A stretch of 12,942 bases of DNA from Candidatus Cloacimonadota bacterium (GTDB lineage Bacteria; Cloacimonadota; Cloacimonadia; Cloacimonadales; WRIO01). Positions within the stretch are counted from its first letter, which is position 1. The number at the start of each line of letters is the position of its first letter. The position numbers and the translations under genes are program-made. Positions 1 through 8,360 of this stretch are shown here, piece by piece. The notes below the pieces were generated by a model. The model saw nothing but the letters and a program-made list of their open reading frames with translations, was not told the DNA's origin and made no database searches. The DNA is taken from the NCBI GenBank assembly GCA_029564175.1, contig JAKQQL010000101.1, positions 1-12,942 of the forward strand, written 5' to 3'.

Positions 1-141
1 GAGAAAGGAGCCTCAACGCTGCTTATTCCTGTGAATGCAAGAAAACAGTTGAACGAGTTATCTGATGACATGATTACTAAGATCAATATCCAGTACTATA
101 CTGATTTGAGAGATTGTTTGGTGAAGACGTTGATGGAGTAA
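1..141 (+). CDS. brxL: 3' end (partial) of BREX Lon-like protease BrxL
   Basis: Frame 1 is open from base 1 to TAA at 139-141 and reads EKGASTLLIPVNARKQLNELSDDMITKINIQYYTDLRDCLVKTLME*. This matches my recollection of the BrxL Lon-like C-terminus (EKGA..LL.PV..R.QL..L.D....K..I..Y.D...). It is not in the ORF track, and only 46 aa are visible. Confidence 0.78.
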   Translation, partial: EKGASTLLIPVNARKQLNELSDDMITKINIQYYTDLRDCLVKTLME

Positions 142-149
142 ATAAGAAT

Positions 150-1016
150 ATGCTCTTCGAAGAAATAATAAATAAATACAGCAATGAAGTCGAAGAGGCT
201 GTTGACCAACTATTTCATGAAGCACACAAGAACCAGGTGAACGAAACGGATCTATTATTGGTACTTGAAAACGGTTTAAAAAAGGAATATCCTGAATCTA
301 CACTAAAACGGTTAAAAATCTCTCCCTACCAAATTGGGCCTGATATTATTGGTTTTAGGTACGATACTTTCTACCAATTTATTAATTATTACAGGCAAGG
401 AATAAAATCGAAAGATGAGTTCTTCAAAGGATTTGATGACGAAAAACTTAAACATTCTTTACTGGATTTCTATCGTGACTTCCAGCTACTGTTGTACATG
501 AAATTCTGGGAGACAGATTTGATATTAAGACGATTATCGAATCTTTCAAATTTAGCACAGGCCAAACCATATTATTGGGATTATTCACAGACTGTTTATG
601 ATGCCAGAAGGAACTTAATTAAAGATGAAATTCAAAAACCACTTGAATTCATATGTCCATTGTTCTACAAACTAATTGATGAAATTTATTCTAATCAGAT
701 AAGAAATGCTGTTGCACATTCACAATACTATTTTTTATATGATTCAATTCATCTGACAAATAAGGATGGAAATAAACACTACAAACTCAATGGAATTACA
801 TATGATGATTGGGAAGTTCTATTTACAAAACTCATCCTGCTCTATAATTTTATGATCAAGAATTTTAACAAATATCAAGTATTATATCAGAAAGAAGTGA
901 AAGACAAGCATTTTGGACTTTTAATATATTTCCCGGAAAATGATTTAAAAGGTTTGCAGAAAACTGGCTGGGTTAAATATGATTTCAGCCATAAAAGATG
1001 GCATTGGAACCAGTGA
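150..1016 (+). CDS. Hypothetical protein (288 aa) with a HEPN-like RxxxxH motif, putative RNase effector
   Basis: The start is re-assigned to the in-frame ATG at 150, 8 bp after the brxL stop; the TTG at 114 lies inside brxL. The protein looks mostly helical and carries IRNAVAH (R codon 702, H codon 717) preceded by E131-like acidic residues (KFWETD). The ORF is secure; the HEPN call is motif-level only. Confidence 0.6.
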   Translation: MLFEEIINKYSNEVEEAVDQLFHEAHKNQVNETDLLLVLENGLKKEYPESTLKRLKISPYQIGPDIIGFRYDTFYQFINYYRQGIKSKDEFFKGFDDEKLKHSLLDFYRDFQLLLYMKFWETDLILRRLSNLSNLAQAKPYYWDYSQTVYDARRNLIKDEIQKPLEFICPLFYKLIDEIYSNQIRNAVAHSQYYFLYDSIHLTNKDGNKHYKLNGITYDDWEVLFTKLILLYNFMIKNFNKYQVLYQKEVKDKHFGLLIYFPENDLKGLQKTGWVKYDFSHKRWHWNQ

Positions 1017-1043
1017 CTATAATGAAAAAGAATTAGTCATAAA

Positions 1044-2501
1044 ATGAAAAAAAGAATTATTGAAAATGATTTCTCAAAATACTTTGGGTTCAACTTAAAA
1101 CCATCACAGCAAAGAGCATTTTCTTTGCTTCAGATTTTTGCTCTGAATCCTAATTCAAAGGTCTTTATCCTAAAAGGCTATGCCGGTACAGGGAAAACGA
1201 CCTTAATGGGTGGGTTTATCAAATGGCTGGATGAGAAGGATATTACTTTTTCCTTACTGGCTTCAACCGGGCGTGCTGCGAAAATTCTTTCCGATAAAAC
1301 CAAATCAGAAGCCAGAACAGTTCACAGTCATATTTACACTTTTAATGACCTGGATGATGATCTTGAAAAAATGAGTTCTGTTCAACAGGAATTAAGGGTG
1401 GATGATAAAGGCCAGATTAGTTTGCTTTTTGATCTTAAAATTATTGAGTCCGAATCAGAAAAAATATATATCGTTGATGAATCATCAATGATCTCCGATA
1501 CTCCCGATAAATCTGCATCATTTGCAAAATTTGGAAGTGGGGAATTATTGAAGGATCTGTTTAAGTATGACAAAAAAGGGAAATTCATATTTGTTGGAGA
1601 TCCATGTCAGTTACCACCTATCGGGCAGAATATTTCTCCGGCTTTATCAAAAGAATATATTCAAAATCATTACAATATTACTGTTGAAGAGTTTGAACTG
1701 ACTGAAATTGTAAGGCAGTCTTCAAGAAGTAGTATTATAGATGCTTCTGTGAAGGTCAGGGAACTATATCAAAATAATCCACCAGTGAAATTTGCATCAT
1801 TCCCTTTGAAAAACCATCCCGATATTGAAATTCATAGTTCTCACGTTAGCTTACTTAATTCATACATTGCACAGATCAGGGAAAATGGATTTGAACATTC
1901 AACTCTAATTAGTCAGACTAACAGGCACTGTTCAGATCTTAATAAAATAATCAGAAATACTTTGGAGAAGCAAAGTACCCAGTTAGAACCGGGTGATATT
2001 CTAATGGTAACACAAAATAATTATTTAACAACTCTGGTTAATGGAGATGTAGTGGAAGTCTTGCAAACCGGACAAAAAGAGTACAGGTGTGGATTATCTT
2101 TCGTAAAAGTTCACGTGAGGGAATTGTCTTCCGGGGAAACGTATTCCGTTCTGCTTATTGAAGACATCTTATATTCGATGTCTACGAACTTAAACAATAA
2201 GCAACATAAAGACCTGATGATTGACTATTACCATCGTATGAAAAGCAATGGTATTAGTCAAAAGGACAGAGCATTTAAAGACAGGATGCTGACAGATCCT
2301 TATTTAAACGGATTAAAGGCAGTTTTTGGCTATGCTCTAACATGTCACAAGAGTCAGGGAGGTGAATGGAACGAGGTTTTTTTGTATCTTGATAACTCTA
2401 TTCATGGAATACCCAAACCTGGTATATACCAGTGGTTGTACACTGCTGTTACAAGAGCAAGAGTTCGATTACATGTTGTAAATGATTGGTTTATAAAATA
2501 G
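1044..2501 (+). CDS. SF1B (RecD2/Dda-like) ATP-dependent helicase, 485 aa
   Basis: Full motif set: Q-like LKPSQQRA, Walker A GYAGTGKT, Ia LASTGRAAKIL, TVHS, Walker B IVDESSM, III VGDPCQLPP, IV LTEIVRQ, V YALTCHKSQGGEW, VI WLYTAVTRA. It lacks the long N-terminal HhH region of RecD2. Confidence 0.92.
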   Translation: MKKRIIENDFSKYFGFNLKPSQQRAFSLLQIFALNPNSKVFILKGYAGTGKTTLMGGFIKWLDEKDITFSLLASTGRAAKILSDKTKSEARTVHSHIYTFNDLDDDLEKMSSVQQELRVDDKGQISLLFDLKIIESESEKIYIVDESSMISDTPDKSASFAKFGSGELLKDLFKYDKKGKFIFVGDPCQLPPIGQNISPALSKEYIQNHYNITVEEFELTEIVRQSSRSSIIDASVKVRELYQNNPPVKFASFPLKNHPDIEIHSSHVSLLNSYIAQIRENGFEHSTLISQTNRHCSDLNKIIRNTLEKQSTQLEPGDILMVTQNNYLTTLVNGDVVEVLQTGQKEYRCGLSFVKVHVRELSSGETYSVLLIEDILYSMSTNLNNKQHKDLMIDYYHRMKSNGISQKDRAFKDRMLTDPYLNGLKAVFGYALTCHKSQGGEWNEVFLYLDNSIHGIPKPGIYQWLYTAVTRARVRLHVVNDWFIK

Positions 2502-2507
2502 TCTGTC

Positions 2508-5500
2508 ATGATTGAAGCTTTAAAGAAAAGGTATAAACTTGGAGATGTTATTACTATTTACACTGATGAATCTTCATTTACCGGTAAAATTGAAGATTTC
2601 GATGAGTCTTGCATCGTAATAGATACAGGTGATAATATCGAATTTATTGCCAACAAATCTATTACAAGATTTTCTGCAGGTAAGTTTTCTACTCCTGTAA
2701 AAAATAATGAAGACAGCAAAGAAAAAGATATTGAGGAAGGACATGTTACCGAACAGATTGTCCAGTCTATTGATAACCCTGATGTTAGCGATCTTCCAGT
2801 AAAAGAAAACCGAATAATAAAACCGTTAACAGAGTACAAGGTTGGCGAAAAGATACCGTTAGACTTGTTAGAAAAAGTAAGTAATAAGAAATCTAAAGTT
2901 CAAAAAATAAGAACTCCAAATAAACCAACGACTGTTTTTAAATCCTTTGAGGACCTTGAGCAACTTATTATGCCTGAAATGGAGGAGGAGAACAAAAAAA
3001 CTGTCAGTGCTAATGGTGTAATAATTAAATACTTCCCTGAACGCACATTTGGATTTATAGTAGACAAATTTGGATATGAGATTTGGTTTGGGCTTAAAAA
3101 CATTTTAGACCAAGAGCTTATCGAAACCCTAAAGTCCCCCTCGAAAAAATATAATATTCCAATTCTTTTTACTCTATCAAGGAATTACAAAGGAGAAACA
3201 GCTAACTTAATTCAAAAGCCAAAAACCATTGACGAAATTTTAACCAATTCACAAAAGTTATTTCAAGAAGATAGACTTGACAGTGCCTTAGGATTGATTG
3301 AACAAATTCTTTATTCATTTCCGGATAATAGGAAAGCATTAAAACTTAAATCTCAGTACGAGTCGAAATTATTTAAAATTAAGGGTTACGTTCCTAAAAG
3401 TAAATTCAAAGCATATGATTTGAATTACCAGAAGGCTACAAGAGCAAGATTAGTTGATAAGAACTTCGAGGCAGCATTGAATTTTTACTGGTTGGCGTTA
3501 AAAAATAATGAAAAGAGAGAAAGCTGCATTAAGGATATAGCAATGCTATATGTTTCAATCGGGGAAACTCAAAAAGCTCTTGAGTTTATGCTTAAATATG
3601 AAGTCGAACTTCCAGAAAATATAACGACATATAACTATCTAATTAATTTTTATTCATCAATAAAAGACTTTGGCAAAGTTATCGAAAACCTTGATCTTCT
3701 TTTACAAGATAGATTGATATCTAAAAACGCATTAAAGTATTCAGGTTATTTGTCGAGAAAAGGATTCGCTTTGATTCAGATAAATAGGTTAAACGAAGCC
3801 AAGAAATTACTTGAAGAGGCCGTTTCTTTAAATCATGATAATATCTATGCTTCAAATCTTTTAAAAGCTATAGATGAACCAGATAAAGAAGAGTTTGGTA
3901 AGTTAATAAGTGAAGCGGAATTTGAAACCTTGGGTGGTGGAATAAGTCGATTGATGATAGATATACTGGAAAACTATACTGAATATCATGGAGTCCCTAC
4001 GAAATTTGTGGAAGCTGGTCAATTTGGACAAAAGACATTAAAGGAAATTAGAAAACTGATCGAAGGGGCAGGTAAAGCAAGGCCTAGAGAAAGAGCAAAC
4101 TATCTTCTTTCTGAAGCTAAATTAATGCAGCAATTGGAACCTGAAGCAGAAGAAGAATTAAGATCTGTTTTAGCTAGATATTGTAATGCAATGGCATTGA
4201 ATTCTATATATGAGAAATACTCACTTGATATTGCTCGAACTTATTATGTTGAAGCATTCAATCTTGAAGACAACTGGGACAGCGTAAAAAGACAGTTTAT
4301 TTTGTTTGTAGTATCTCTGAAGAACATACATCAAGAATTATTAAGTGTAAATACGAGCCTAAGTGGCAAAGAAATTAGTAATCAAGTAATTGATGAGATT
4401 ATTTTAAAATATTTGACTACTGAAAGACGAGAAGTCTGGGATAATATACTTACAGTTTTCATTGTCAATAAATCAATATTCTCAAGCAGTATAAAGTTAA
4501 TTTTTAAGTGTACCGAAGTTAAGAACAAAACGATTTTATTCCTGAGAAAACTTGGTTTCGACATTTCCTCTGATGTAGATTTTGATACTTATACTAACAT
4601 ATGGAATTTTGCGAGAGAAAAAAGGCAACGAGAATATAGCAAATGGTTCGCTTCCATTAAAGCTATCTACTCGATAAACAGTTTAGAAATCCTGGTAAAT
4701 CAATTATCTGACTCCTTACAAGAGGCAATGAAAAAATGGCTACCACAATTAGATATTTCAAGATTGACGACCATCTCTACAGATATCTATGATGTATTAA
4801 GTCAATATCTTAGACAGTCAGGCTATCGTGACAAGGAAAGATTTTATAGTTTTGGTAAAGCCCAGGTCAATCAATTAATTTTAGAAATTAAAGAAAAACC
4901 GACAAGGTTTTCATATGAAGGGTTCATTCCGCTTCTAGAGAAGATTGATATTCTTCTGGATAAATCATTCAAAGTTGTTGATTCCGCAAGTACCCCCGTT
5001 GTTAAGATAAGCATTCTTGGAGAAGCATCGATTGTTGCAACGGATAGTTCTGTCCCAATCAAGATATTAGTTGAAAATTCGAAAGAATCTTCTCCTATAA
5101 GAGATATTTCAATTAGTATTCAAAATAATGAAAATATATCCACCTGTGAGAAAGCTGAATACTTTGATTCAGTGGAAGGAGGCGAGAGCTGTGAAATGCA
5201 TATAAAGGCAATCGTTTCTAACAACGTTATTAAGGATAGGGCGACAACTATTGAAGTGACTTGTTCGTATAAAAGACGAAATCAAGACGAACCAATTACA
5301 ATAAATGATCAGCTTTCATTAAGGCTTTATTCAGAGGAAGAGTTTGAGGTCTTGCCAAATCCTTTTGAAAAGCTTGCAAATGGTGGACCTGTGACTGACA
5401 CTAGTATGTTCTATGGTAGAAATGAATTCATTGAGAGAATTACACAAGCCATTATTCAAGCTGATTCAAAGCAAGTAGTAATATATGGTCAAAAACGTTC

Positions 5501-6530
5501 TGGGAAATCTTCAGTTCTATATCATTTAAAGAAGGCATTGGAGAATACAAACAAAACTTTTTGTATTTCATTCAGCCTCGGAGATGTTTACGAAACTTTA
5601 TCCTCATCAACTTTCTTCTATAAGATTCTATCCTTAATTGAAGAAGAATTAGAGAATATCTCCTTTGAGCACAAAGAAGTTCCTGTCTATAAATGTCCTT
5701 CTTATTCAGAATTCAAGGAAAACCCAAATCCTGCTGATCTTTTCAGGAAAGAAATTAGGATCTTCAAAAGAACATGTTCTTTAATGGGTTCATGGAAGGA
5801 TAAGAAATTAGTCATAATGATTGATGAGTTTACTTATTTATTTACTGCAATCAAAACCAACAAAGTATCTGATGCAATAATGAAGCAGTGGAAAGCAATA
5901 ACACAAAATAAAGATTCAATGTTTTCATCCGTACTGGTTGGCCAAGATGTTTTTCCAATGTTTAAGGATGAATTTCCAAACGAATTTGGTGTTACTCAAG
6001 ATGAAAGACTAACATATCTTTCAAAAAATGATGCCCTAAGATTAATCGAAGAACCAATAGGTAAGACTAAATCAAATAGGAATCGTTTTATTGGAGATTC
6101 ACTAGATACAATTATTGAATATACATCTTGTAATCCATATTATATACAAATCTTTTGTGCGAGATTGGTCTCAGAGATGAATAGAAAGAAATATATTGAG
6201 ATCACTAGTGCAGATGTTAAAGAAATTGCTGATAGTTTCATAAATGGTGGCCAAGCTTTAACTGATGATAAATTTGACAACTTGTTAAATGCGGGTGAGA
6301 AACATGATATTCAGAGGATTCCACAAGATCATTCCAAGGCAATTCTTAGGAAAATAGCCATGAATGCGATGAATATTGGTTTTTGTCTTCGAGAACAGAT
6401 TTCAATTGGGAACCCTGAATACGAAGACGAAATTTTAAAAGATCTAGTGAAGCGAGAAGTATTAGAACAAAAAGGAGATAGTTTTAAAATACAAGTAAAA
6501 CTCTTTCAAGAATGGTTATTAAAACATTAG
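2508..6530 (+). CDS. Multidomain STAND-class P-loop ATPase (1340 aa): Sm/Hfq-like, cold-shock OB, TPR, helical region, Ig-like, ATPase, probable winged helix
   Basis: N-terminus VITIYTDESSFTGKIEDFDESCIVI is Sm/Hfq-like. GVIIKYFPERTFGFIVDKFGYEIWF (~3015-3090) is CSD RNP1/RNP2-like. TPR-like helices include KGFALIQINRLNEAKKLLEEAVSLNHDN. A beta-rich Ig-like segment lies at ~4995-5330. The ATPase shows NPF..GGPV....FYGR (5358), Walker A GQKRSGKS (5487-5510), Walker B LVIMIDEF, SCNPYYIQ and a C-terminal LVKREVL..FQEWL. Confidence 0.85.
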   Translation: MIEALKKRYKLGDVITIYTDESSFTGKIEDFDESCIVIDTGDNIEFIANKSITRFSAGKFSTPVKNNEDSKEKDIEEGHVTEQIVQSIDNPDVSDLPVKENRIIKPLTEYKVGEKIPLDLLEKVSNKKSKVQKIRTPNKPTTVFKSFEDLEQLIMPEMEEENKKTVSANGVIIKYFPERTFGFIVDKFGYEIWFGLKNILDQELIETLKSPSKKYNIPILFTLSRNYKGETANLIQKPKTIDEILTNSQKLFQEDRLDSALGLIEQILYSFPDNRKALKLKSQYESKLFKIKGYVPKSKFKAYDLNYQKATRARLVDKNFEAALNFYWLALKNNEKRESCIKDIAMLYVSIGETQKALEFMLKYEVELPENITTYNYLINFYSSIKDFGKVIENLDLLLQDRLISKNALKYSGYLSRKGFALIQINRLNEAKKLLEEAVSLNHDNIYASNLLKAIDEPDKEEFGKLISEAEFETLGGGISRLMIDILENYTEYHGVPTKFVEAGQFGQKTLKEIRKLIEGAGKARPRERANYLLSEAKLMQQLEPEAEEELRSVLARYCNAMALNSIYEKYSLDIARTYYVEAFNLEDNWDSVKRQFILFVVSLKNIHQELLSVNTSLSGKEISNQVIDEIILKYLTTERREVWDNILTVFIVNKSIFSSSIKLIFKCTEVKNKTILFLRKLGFDISSDVDFDTYTNIWNFAREKRQREYSKWFASIKAIYSINSLEILVNQLSDSLQEAMKKWLPQLDISRLTTISTDIYDVLSQYLRQSGYRDKERFYSFGKAQVNQLILEIKEKPTRFSYEGFIPLLEKIDILLDKSFKVVDSASTPVVKISILGEASIVATDSSVPIKILVENSKESSPIRDISISIQNNENISTCEKAEYFDSVEGGESCEMHIKAIVSNNVIKDRATTIEVTCSYKRRNQDEPITINDQLSLRLYSEEEFEVLPNPFEKLANGGPVTDTSMFYGRNEFIERITQAIIQADSKQVVIYGQKRSGKSSVLYHLKKALENTNKTFCISFSLGDVYETLSSSTFFYKILSLIEEELENISFEHKEVPVYKCPSYSEFKENPNPADLFRKEIRIFKRTCSLMGSWKDKKLVIMIDEFTYLFTAIKTNKVSDAIMKQWKAITQNKDSMFSSVLVGQDVFPMFKDEFPNEFGVTQDERLTYLSKNDALRLIEEPIGKTKSNRNRFIGDSLDTIIEYTSCNPYYIQIFCARLVSEMNRKKYIEITSADVKEIADSFINGGQALTDDKFDNLLNAGEKHDIQRIPQDHSKAILRKIAMNAMNIGFCLREQISIGNPEYEDEILKDLVKREVLEQKGDSFKIQVKLFQEWLLKH

Positions 6531-8116
6531 GTACCCAAAATCCCTTCTCAGACTATGGAACTGTGGTTAAGGGAGTACGATTTGCTGGTCGTAGAAGTCA
6601 TATTCAGACAATACACAATCGTGTTCTTGGAGAAAATTTTGGCAACCTAGCAATTATGGGCATGCCTCGTATTGGCAAAACAAGCTTAGCTTGGAATTCA
6701 TTAATGCCAATCAAAGAGGAATTGTTGCAGAAAAGGAATTTAATATCCTTTATTTATGTTGCTAGAATTTCCACCTCAAATGATTTCTTTAAGCAATTGA
6801 TATATGAAACTTTGGAGGAATTAAATCAATTAAAGGAACAATGCTCTGCACAAATAATAAGAAAGCTCAACAGCATTTATTCTGATTTGAGAAAAACTGA
6901 AAATGATAAATTTGAGTTTAATAACCATGTACAGAAATTTTACAAACTTTTAAAAAGAAATAGGATCAGAGCGACCTATATTTTGGATGAATTTGATAGC
7001 GTTTCGTCCTTTTTAACTATTGCTGATTTTCAGACTTTAAGACAACTTGCATCTCAACCTGAAACTCAAATCTGTTTAATCACAGTATCAAGAAGAACTA
7101 TTCAAGAAATTGAACCTGAGAATGGCTCTATATCAAATTTTTACGGTATTTTCTCTGATTTAAGATTAGGCCTTTTTGATAAAGAAGACATATTAGAATA
7201 CTGGAATTCTGTCGCATCATTTGATATTGAGATTTCTGAAGCATATAAAAAAAATGTTCAGTACTTGGTTGGCAATCATCCTTTCTTAATCGATCTATAC
7301 AACTATGAAGTATTTAATTTGCTTAAGAAATTTTCGAAGGTTAACAATGATTCATTATCACTGAAAATTGAATCAGAACTTAAGCTAAATCTTTATAATA
7401 ACTTCGAAAACATCCTTAATCTAATGCGAGAAGAAGGATTATATTCCAAAGCCATTCAGCTTATTCTAGGGCCAATTTATGATGTTACTAGCTTAGAAGA
7501 ACAAAGATTACTCAAATACGAGTTCATAAGACACATAAGTAGTGAAGAAAAAATTCATTTGCTCAAGCGGGACCTTGGTGTTAAAAATCCAAAATCAAAC
7601 ATTTCCTATGCCTGCTTTTCTGACTATTTTACAGAACTTTTAAATTTAAAATCTTCAGAAGTTGATTATTGGCCTCTTTGGAGTCAAACTGAAAAACTGG
7701 TTAGGGAACTAATTAAAGAATATATTGATTTAACATTTGGAGATAATTGGGAATTGGGTTATTATAAACGACATGAAAAGAGCGAGGGAAAGTTAAAAGC
7801 AATTGAAAAGCTTGATGAGATTCGATCCTATTCCAAAAATAAATTTGGTAGTTTAGCAAGCTCCCATCTTGTTGATTATACATTCCCGAGAGATATGTAT
7901 GATCTTTTCATTTCAAGTGATTGGATCTGGTTTGAGAAAGTATTACAGGATTCAAAAAGTGAATGGGGAAAAAGATTCAATACATTGGCAGATATCAGAA
8001 ATCCAATTTCACATAACAACTTAGAATTTGTCTCAGCTGAAGTTTTAAAAAGCGCAAAAGAGTATTGTGAAATTATAATTCAAAGAATCACTAAATGGCG
8101 AGAGAATAAAAACTAA
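6512..8116 (+). CDS. STAND-class ATPase fused to a C-terminal Swt1-like HEPN domain (534 aa)
   Basis: NPF..G.VV....FAGR, Walker A GMPRIGKT (from 6659), Walker B YILDEFD and GNHPFLI (STAND GxP). The C-terminus reads EKLVRELI...FGDNW...LVDYTFPRDMYDLFISSDWIWFEKVL...LADIRNPISHN (R-H at 7997-8014), typical of Swt1-like HEPN. It overlaps the upstream gene by 19 nt. Confidence 0.85.
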   Translation: MVIKTLGTQNPFSDYGTVVKGVRFAGRRSHIQTIHNRVLGENFGNLAIMGMPRIGKTSLAWNSLMPIKEELLQKRNLISFIYVARISTSNDFFKQLIYETLEELNQLKEQCSAQIIRKLNSIYSDLRKTENDKFEFNNHVQKFYKLLKRNRIRATYILDEFDSVSSFLTIADFQTLRQLASQPETQICLITVSRRTIQEIEPENGSISNFYGIFSDLRLGLFDKEDILEYWNSVASFDIEISEAYKKNVQYLVGNHPFLIDLYNYEVFNLLKKFSKVNNDSLSLKIESELKLNLYNNFENILNLMREEGLYSKAIQLILGPIYDVTSLEEQRLLKYEFIRHISSEEKIHLLKRDLGVKNPKSNISYACFSDYFTELLNLKSSEVDYWPLWSQTEKLVRELIKEYIDLTFGDNWELGYYKRHEKSEGKLKAIEKLDEIRSYSKNKFGSLASSHLVDYTFPRDMYDLFISSDWIWFEKVLQDSKSEWGKRFNTLADIRNPISHNNLEFVSAEVLKSAKEYCEIIIQRITKWRENKN

Positions 8117-8147
8117 TAGTGACGGATAGATTCCATAACATTAAAAG

Positions 8148-8170
8148 TTTTGTACTACTTTTTGTACTAC
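8148..8170. repeat. Direct repeat TTTTGTACTAC x2, probable integrase arm-type sites (left arm)
   Basis: Exact copies at 8148-8158 and 8160-8170. They are the reverse complement of the (A/G)GTACAAA repeats on the other side of the att core. Confidence 0.7.
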
Positions 8171-8176
8171 CAATGA

Positions 8177-8213
8177 AAACGGCCTTGTAAATATCTGATT
8201 TACAAGGCCGTTT
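8177..8213. terminator. Perfect 16-bp inverted repeat, probable terminator (possibly bidirectional)
   Basis: AAACGGCCTTGTAAAT (8177-8192), loop ATCTG, ATTTACAAGGCCGTTT (8198-8213). It lies 60 bp after the defence operon (+) and 10 bp downstream of the tRNA 3' fragment (-). Confidence 0.8.
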
Positions 8214-8223
8214 GATTTACTCA

Positions 8224-8239
8224 GTCGGGGTGAGAAGAC
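8224..8239 (-). mobile_element. att core: duplicated 3' end of a tRNA-Pro gene
   Basis: The minus strand reads GT-CTTCT-CACCCCG-A-C: end of T-loop, 3' T-stem, 3' acceptor strand complementary to the tRNA-Pro 5' end CGGGGTG, then discriminator A. tRNA similarity stops where TTCGA would be expected. It is 216 bp from an integrase start. Confidence 0.72.
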
Positions 8240-8360
8240 GATCTATTAAGCATCCTTAAACTCTGAAAATCAATATAATATGACTACAAAATTATGACGA
8301 CAATAGAATTATTTTATTAGAGTGAAATATATATCAGATAATCAAATGTATACAAATGAA

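Noticed and set aside
114..149. TTG start given by the ORF track for the 300-aa ORF
   Set aside because: It overlaps the brxL-like frame ending at 141; the ATG at 150 with an A-rich leader is more plausible.
1382..1588. 68-aa minus-strand ORF
   Set aside because: Antisense shadow inside the helicase with no recognisable motifs.
2558..5062. Four short minus-strand ORFs (2558-2839, 2900-3103, 4382-4564, 4871-5062)
   Set aside because: All are antisense to the 1340-aa gene with Ser/Ile/Leu/Phe-biased shadow composition.
2508..8116. Assignment to a named system (Avs, or BREX brxC/brxHI/brxHII)
   Set aside because: The domain order and two-ATPase layout do not match these as I know them, so no gene symbol is justified without HMM searches.
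8224..8300. Complete tRNA-Pro gene
   Set aside because: Only the last 16 nt match; there is no TTCGA, anticodon arm or D arm.
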